DNA of 64,000 bases from assembly GCA_963754955.1 (NCBI GenBank), contig CAVWHY010000010.1, positions 15,233-79,232 on the forward strand, given 5' to 3'. Shown in pieces: positions 61,122-64,000 of the stretch (its first letter is position 1; every line of letters begins with the position of its first letter). A program made the position numbers and the translations under genes. The DNA comes from an uncultured Acidobacteriota bacterium (GTDB lineage Bacteria > Acidobacteriota > Vicinamibacteria > Vicinamibacterales > CAVVIG01). The notes below the pieces were generated by a model. It saw nothing but the letters and a program-made list of their open reading frames with translations. It was not told the DNA's origin and made no database searches.

Positions 61122-62170
61122 TTGACGATCGGGGACAGGTCTTCGGCCGGTTCAATCCAGTCGACGCGTTCGTGTTCGTGCTGGTCGTCGTCATGATTCC
61201 GATCGCATACGGCGCGTACGCGTTATTTCGTACGCCACATGCGAAGCTCACCAGCGTTGATCCGAAGCAGTTCACTGTGGGCCCGAATCTTCGTCTGCGG
61301 GTGAACGGGACGAATCTGCGTCCCTTCATGCGCGTGTCGCTCAACACGGTGCAGGGGCGCACGTTCATGATCCGCAGTACCGAGACTGCTGACGTGGATC
61401 TGCCCGATCTTGAGCCGGGCAGCTACGACGTCGTGTTGTACGACTACGCGCAGGAGGTCGATCGCCTCTCGAAGGCGCTGACGATGCTGCCGCGCGTGGC
61501 GCCCTCGAGCATCATGGTTTCAGTGCACGGCGCGTTGGTCGGCCTGAAACAAGGCCAGGCCGACGCGCTTCGAGCGGGTGCGACGTTCGTGCAGAATAAC
61601 CACGTTCTCGGAAAAGTCCTGGCCGCGGGCGCGCCACACGCCGGGGAGGTGCAGCTGACGACGGGGAAAGCCCCGATTGCAGTGGGCTTGCCCGGGCTGT
61701 ACGACGTGCCGGCGGTGCTCGAGATCGAGTGTGCCCTTGAAGACACAAGTGACCGCTCTCTCCGTTGCACCTTCCCCGGGCCCGCGCAACCAGGCGTCGT
61801 CGCCGGGGCGATCTTGTCGTTGCCAACGGCCGTCGGCGCCGTCAGTTTTCAGGTGACCGACGTGCACCCGCCGGGCGGTCCGCGGTTCGTGCGCGTCCGC
61901 GTACGCACGTCGATGGCGCCGGAGATTGGCCGTCAAGTCCGCATCGGTGACGCCGACTCTGACATTCCGGACTATTCGGGTGCGTGGATCGGGCACGTCG
62001 AATCCGTCACCGGGACCGACGCGGTGCTGCGTGTCCCGGCACAGCAGCTGGCCAGCGGATGGACGTACCACGGTCAGTGGCTGAAAGTAGGCGGCGCAAT
62101 CAGGTTCGAGACGTCTACCGCCGTTATCGCAGGCACGATCGCGGACATGATGCCGATCGACAATCGATGA
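61112..62170 (+). CDS. Membrane-anchored hypothetical protein with DUF4330-like N-terminus
   Basis: LVDDRGQVFGRFNPVDA followed by TM helix and beta-rich periplasmic region ending LKVGGAIRFET..GTI. Confidence 0.55.
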   Translation: MALVDDRGQVFGRFNPVDAFVFVLVVVMIPIAYGAYALFRTPHAKLTSVDPKQFTVGPNLRLRVNGTNLRPFMRVSLNTVQGRTFMIRSTETADVDLPDLEPGSYDVVLYDYAQEVDRLSKALTMLPRVAPSSIMVSVHGALVGLKQGQADALRAGATFVQNNHVLGKVLAAGAPHAGEVQLTTGKAPIAVGLPGLYDVPAVLEIECALEDTSDRSLRCTFPGPAQPGVVAGAILSLPTAVGAVSFQVTDVHPPGGPRFVRVRVRTSMAPEIGRQVRIGDADSDIPDYSGAWIGHVESVTGTDAVLRVPAQQLASGWTYHGQWLKVGGAIRFETSTAVIAGTIADMMPIDNR

Positions 62171-62520
62171 CGCGGCCGGACTCACACGACGACCTCCTCG
62201 ACCGGGCCATCCGTGAGAGCCTCGGCGGGCGTGTGGCATCGGCCTTGGACGCGGCGGTGTCCTCGACGTGGTCTGCGTCGACGTCGAGGAGATGTCTGGT
62301 CGCGGCGTCCACGAAATGGCGTGAGATCACCGTGCCGGCGAGGATCCGCGTGTTCGCGCTCGGCGGTGCCGTCGCGGTGGTCGTCCATCTCGCAATGTCG
62401 CTGCTCGGTCCTCGCGAGCCGCTCGGAACGGTCCTCCCGTCCATCGTTCTTGTCAGCTGCGTGCTGATGGCCGTACTGGCCGGACCGATTGCGCAGACAC
62501 TGGAGCGCATCCACAGGTGA
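62167..62520 (+). CDS. Hypothetical small membrane protein
   Basis: ATGA/GTGA overlaps with both neighbours; two C-terminal TM segments. Confidence 0.6.
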   Translation: MTRPDSHDDLLDRAIRESLGGRVASALDAAVSSTWSASTSRRCLVAASTKWREITVPARIRVFALGGAVAVVVHLAMSLLGPREPLGTVLPSIVLVSCVLMAVLAGPIAQTLERIHR

Positions 62521-63680
62521 GCGGCGGTCCCCCGATCAACGTCCTTGCACTTTCGCCGATACCCGAAGAGGGTGCTGGCTGCCGCTTTCGGATCGCGCAG
62601 TTCATCCCGTACCTCGAATCAGTCGGGATTCACGTCACGCTCAACTCACTGTTTACGCCTGAGTTCTTTCGCCTGGTCTACAAACCCGGGCACTATCTGC
62701 GGAAGGCAGCGACTTTTGCCGCGCTGTCCGTCAAACGGCTTGATGCGATGCGCGATTCGTCGCGATTCGATCTGATTCTGATCTATCGGGAAATGTTTCC
62801 CATCGGTCCCGCCTTTGTCGAGCGGCTGCTCGCCGCGCGGGGCCGTCCGCCGGTCGTGTTCGATTTCGACGATGCCATTTCGCTCCGCAGCGTGAGCGAC
62901 GCCAACCAGCTGATTGCGGTCTTGAAGCAGCCGGGGAAGGTGTCGTCGATCATTCGCCACAGCGATCATGTGATTGCCGGGAACGAGTACCTCGCTGACT
63001 ACGCGCGCCGCTTCAATCCAGCCGTCACCATGATTCCGACGTGCGTCGACACGGATCGCTTCGTCCCGGCCGCCGCGGACGTTCATGCGGACACGGCCGT
63101 TCGTTCGCGCGAGCTCGTGGTGGGTTGGATCGGCAGCCCGACGACAGCCATGTACATTCGCCGGCTCGCCAGCGTGCTCCGCCGAGTGCGGGAGCGGCAC
63201 CCGTTCCGGCTCCGGATCAGCGGGACCGGCGAGCCGCTCACGATCCCCGGCGTGGATGTCGACAATCGCCCGTGGTCGCTGCAGAGTGAAGTGGAACTGT
63301 TCAATACGTGCGATGTCGGCGTGTATCCGCTCACCGATGACGAGTGGTCGAAGGGGAAGTGCGGCTTCAAGGCCATTCAGTTCATGGCGTGCGGTGTGCC
63401 CGTCATCGCCGCCGCCGTTGGCGTCAATCGCACAATCGTGCAGGATGGCACAAACGGATTGCTGGCCTCAACGGAAGATGAGTGGGTGGAAAAGCTGTCG
63501 CGGCTCCTTTCCGACGCGGCGTTGCGCCGGAGCCTGGCGATGGCAGGACGGCGCACTGTCGAAAACGGCTACTCGCTGCGAGTGACCGCGCCGACGCTGG
63601 CCGCGACGCTCAGGGGCGTCGTGGAGCGTTCGCGGGCAGTGCAAACCGGTGCGGCGATCGAGGCGGGTATGCGGCCGTGA
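62517..63680 (+). CDS. GT4 glycosyltransferase
   Basis: RFRIAQF, DFDDAI, GWIGS, GKCGFKAIQFMACGVP. Confidence 0.88.
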   Translation: MSGGPPINVLALSPIPEEGAGCRFRIAQFIPYLESVGIHVTLNSLFTPEFFRLVYKPGHYLRKAATFAALSVKRLDAMRDSSRFDLILIYREMFPIGPAFVERLLAARGRPPVVFDFDDAISLRSVSDANQLIAVLKQPGKVSSIIRHSDHVIAGNEYLADYARRFNPAVTMIPTCVDTDRFVPAAADVHADTAVRSRELVVGWIGSPTTAMYIRRLASVLRRVRERHPFRLRISGTGEPLTIPGVDVDNRPWSLQSEVELFNTCDVGVYPLTDDEWSKGKCGFKAIQFMACGVPVIAAAVGVNRTIVQDGTNGLLASTEDEWVEKLSRLLSDAALRRSLAMAGRRTVENGYSLRVTAPTLAATLRGVVERSRAVQTGAAIEAGMRP

Positions 63681-64000
63681 AGAATTTCGCGATGACCGGC
63701 GTCGGCGGCTTCGTCGCGCCTCGTCATTTGAAAGCCATCAGGGATACCGGGAACCGGCTGGTGGCGGCCGTGGATCCGCACGATGCCGTCGGCGTGCTCG
63801 ACAAATATTCGTTCGACGTGCGGTTCTTCACAGAGATCGAACGATTCGACCGCCATCTCGAGAAGCTCAAGCGCGGTCCGGAAGCCGAGCGCGTGCACTT
63901 CGTCAGCATCTGTTCGCCGAATTACCTGCACGACGCGCACATCCGGCTCGCCCTTCGCGCGGGCGCGCATGCGATCTGCGAGAAACCGCTCGTCATCAAT
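63677..64000 (+). CDS. wbpB: Gfo/Idh/MocA oxidoreductase, WbpB/WlbA-type UDP-GlcNAcA 3-dehydrogenase (3' truncated; absent from ORF track)
   Basis: Manual translation from GTG 63677: MKNFAMTGVGGFVAPRHLKAI..SICSPNYLHDAHIRLALRAGAHAICEKPLV. Confidence 0.85.
   Translation, partial: MKNFAMTGVGGFVAPRHLKAIRDTGNRLVAAVDPHDAVGVLDKYSFDVRFFTEIERFDRHLEKLKRGPEAERVHFVSICSPNYLHDAHIRLALRAGAHAICEKPLVIN

Overview
High-GC bacterial DNA. Gene families and repeat style suggest Acidobacteriota (Vicinamibacterales-like), which is an inference. 1-9 kb: TolC/RND/MFP efflux operon, YpfJ-type metallopeptidase, Zn-phospholipase C-like protein, TonB, an internally deleted USP and a small wHTH-like protein. 9-15 kb: housekeeping run thrA-holB-ricT(PSP1)-pdxA-smpB. 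From about 15 kb to the end: a very large cell-surface glycan locus with DegT aminotransferase, RfbD, Gmd, NDP-sugar dehydrogenase, an SDR-transketolase-aldehyde dehydrogenase-neuC-neuB-neuA-MarR operon, epimerases, five SAM methyltransferases, several GT-C-like membrane proteins, an SxtJ/SxtK/carbamoyltransferase triad, Wzm/Wzt, AsnB, six GT4 enzymes and WbpB. Most notable non-coding signals: (i) a near-consensus sigma70 promoter at 24130-24158 bracketed by three GTTCA-N5-TGAAC palindromes, candidate operators for the EPS-type MarR regulator encoded inside the same operon; (ii) a dispersed family of heptamer tandem repeats (CAGTCGG/ACTGCCG), one copy lying in frame inside a coiled-coil methyltransferase as a possible phase-variation or linker-length switch; (iii) repeated -10 boxes 6-8 nt before start codons, suggesting leaderless mRNAs. 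About 14 single-base frameshifts in the first 29 kb are most likely sequencing or assembly errors. No rRNA, tRNA, CRISPR array or transposase was recognised. All family assignments come from motif recognition by eye, not database searches.
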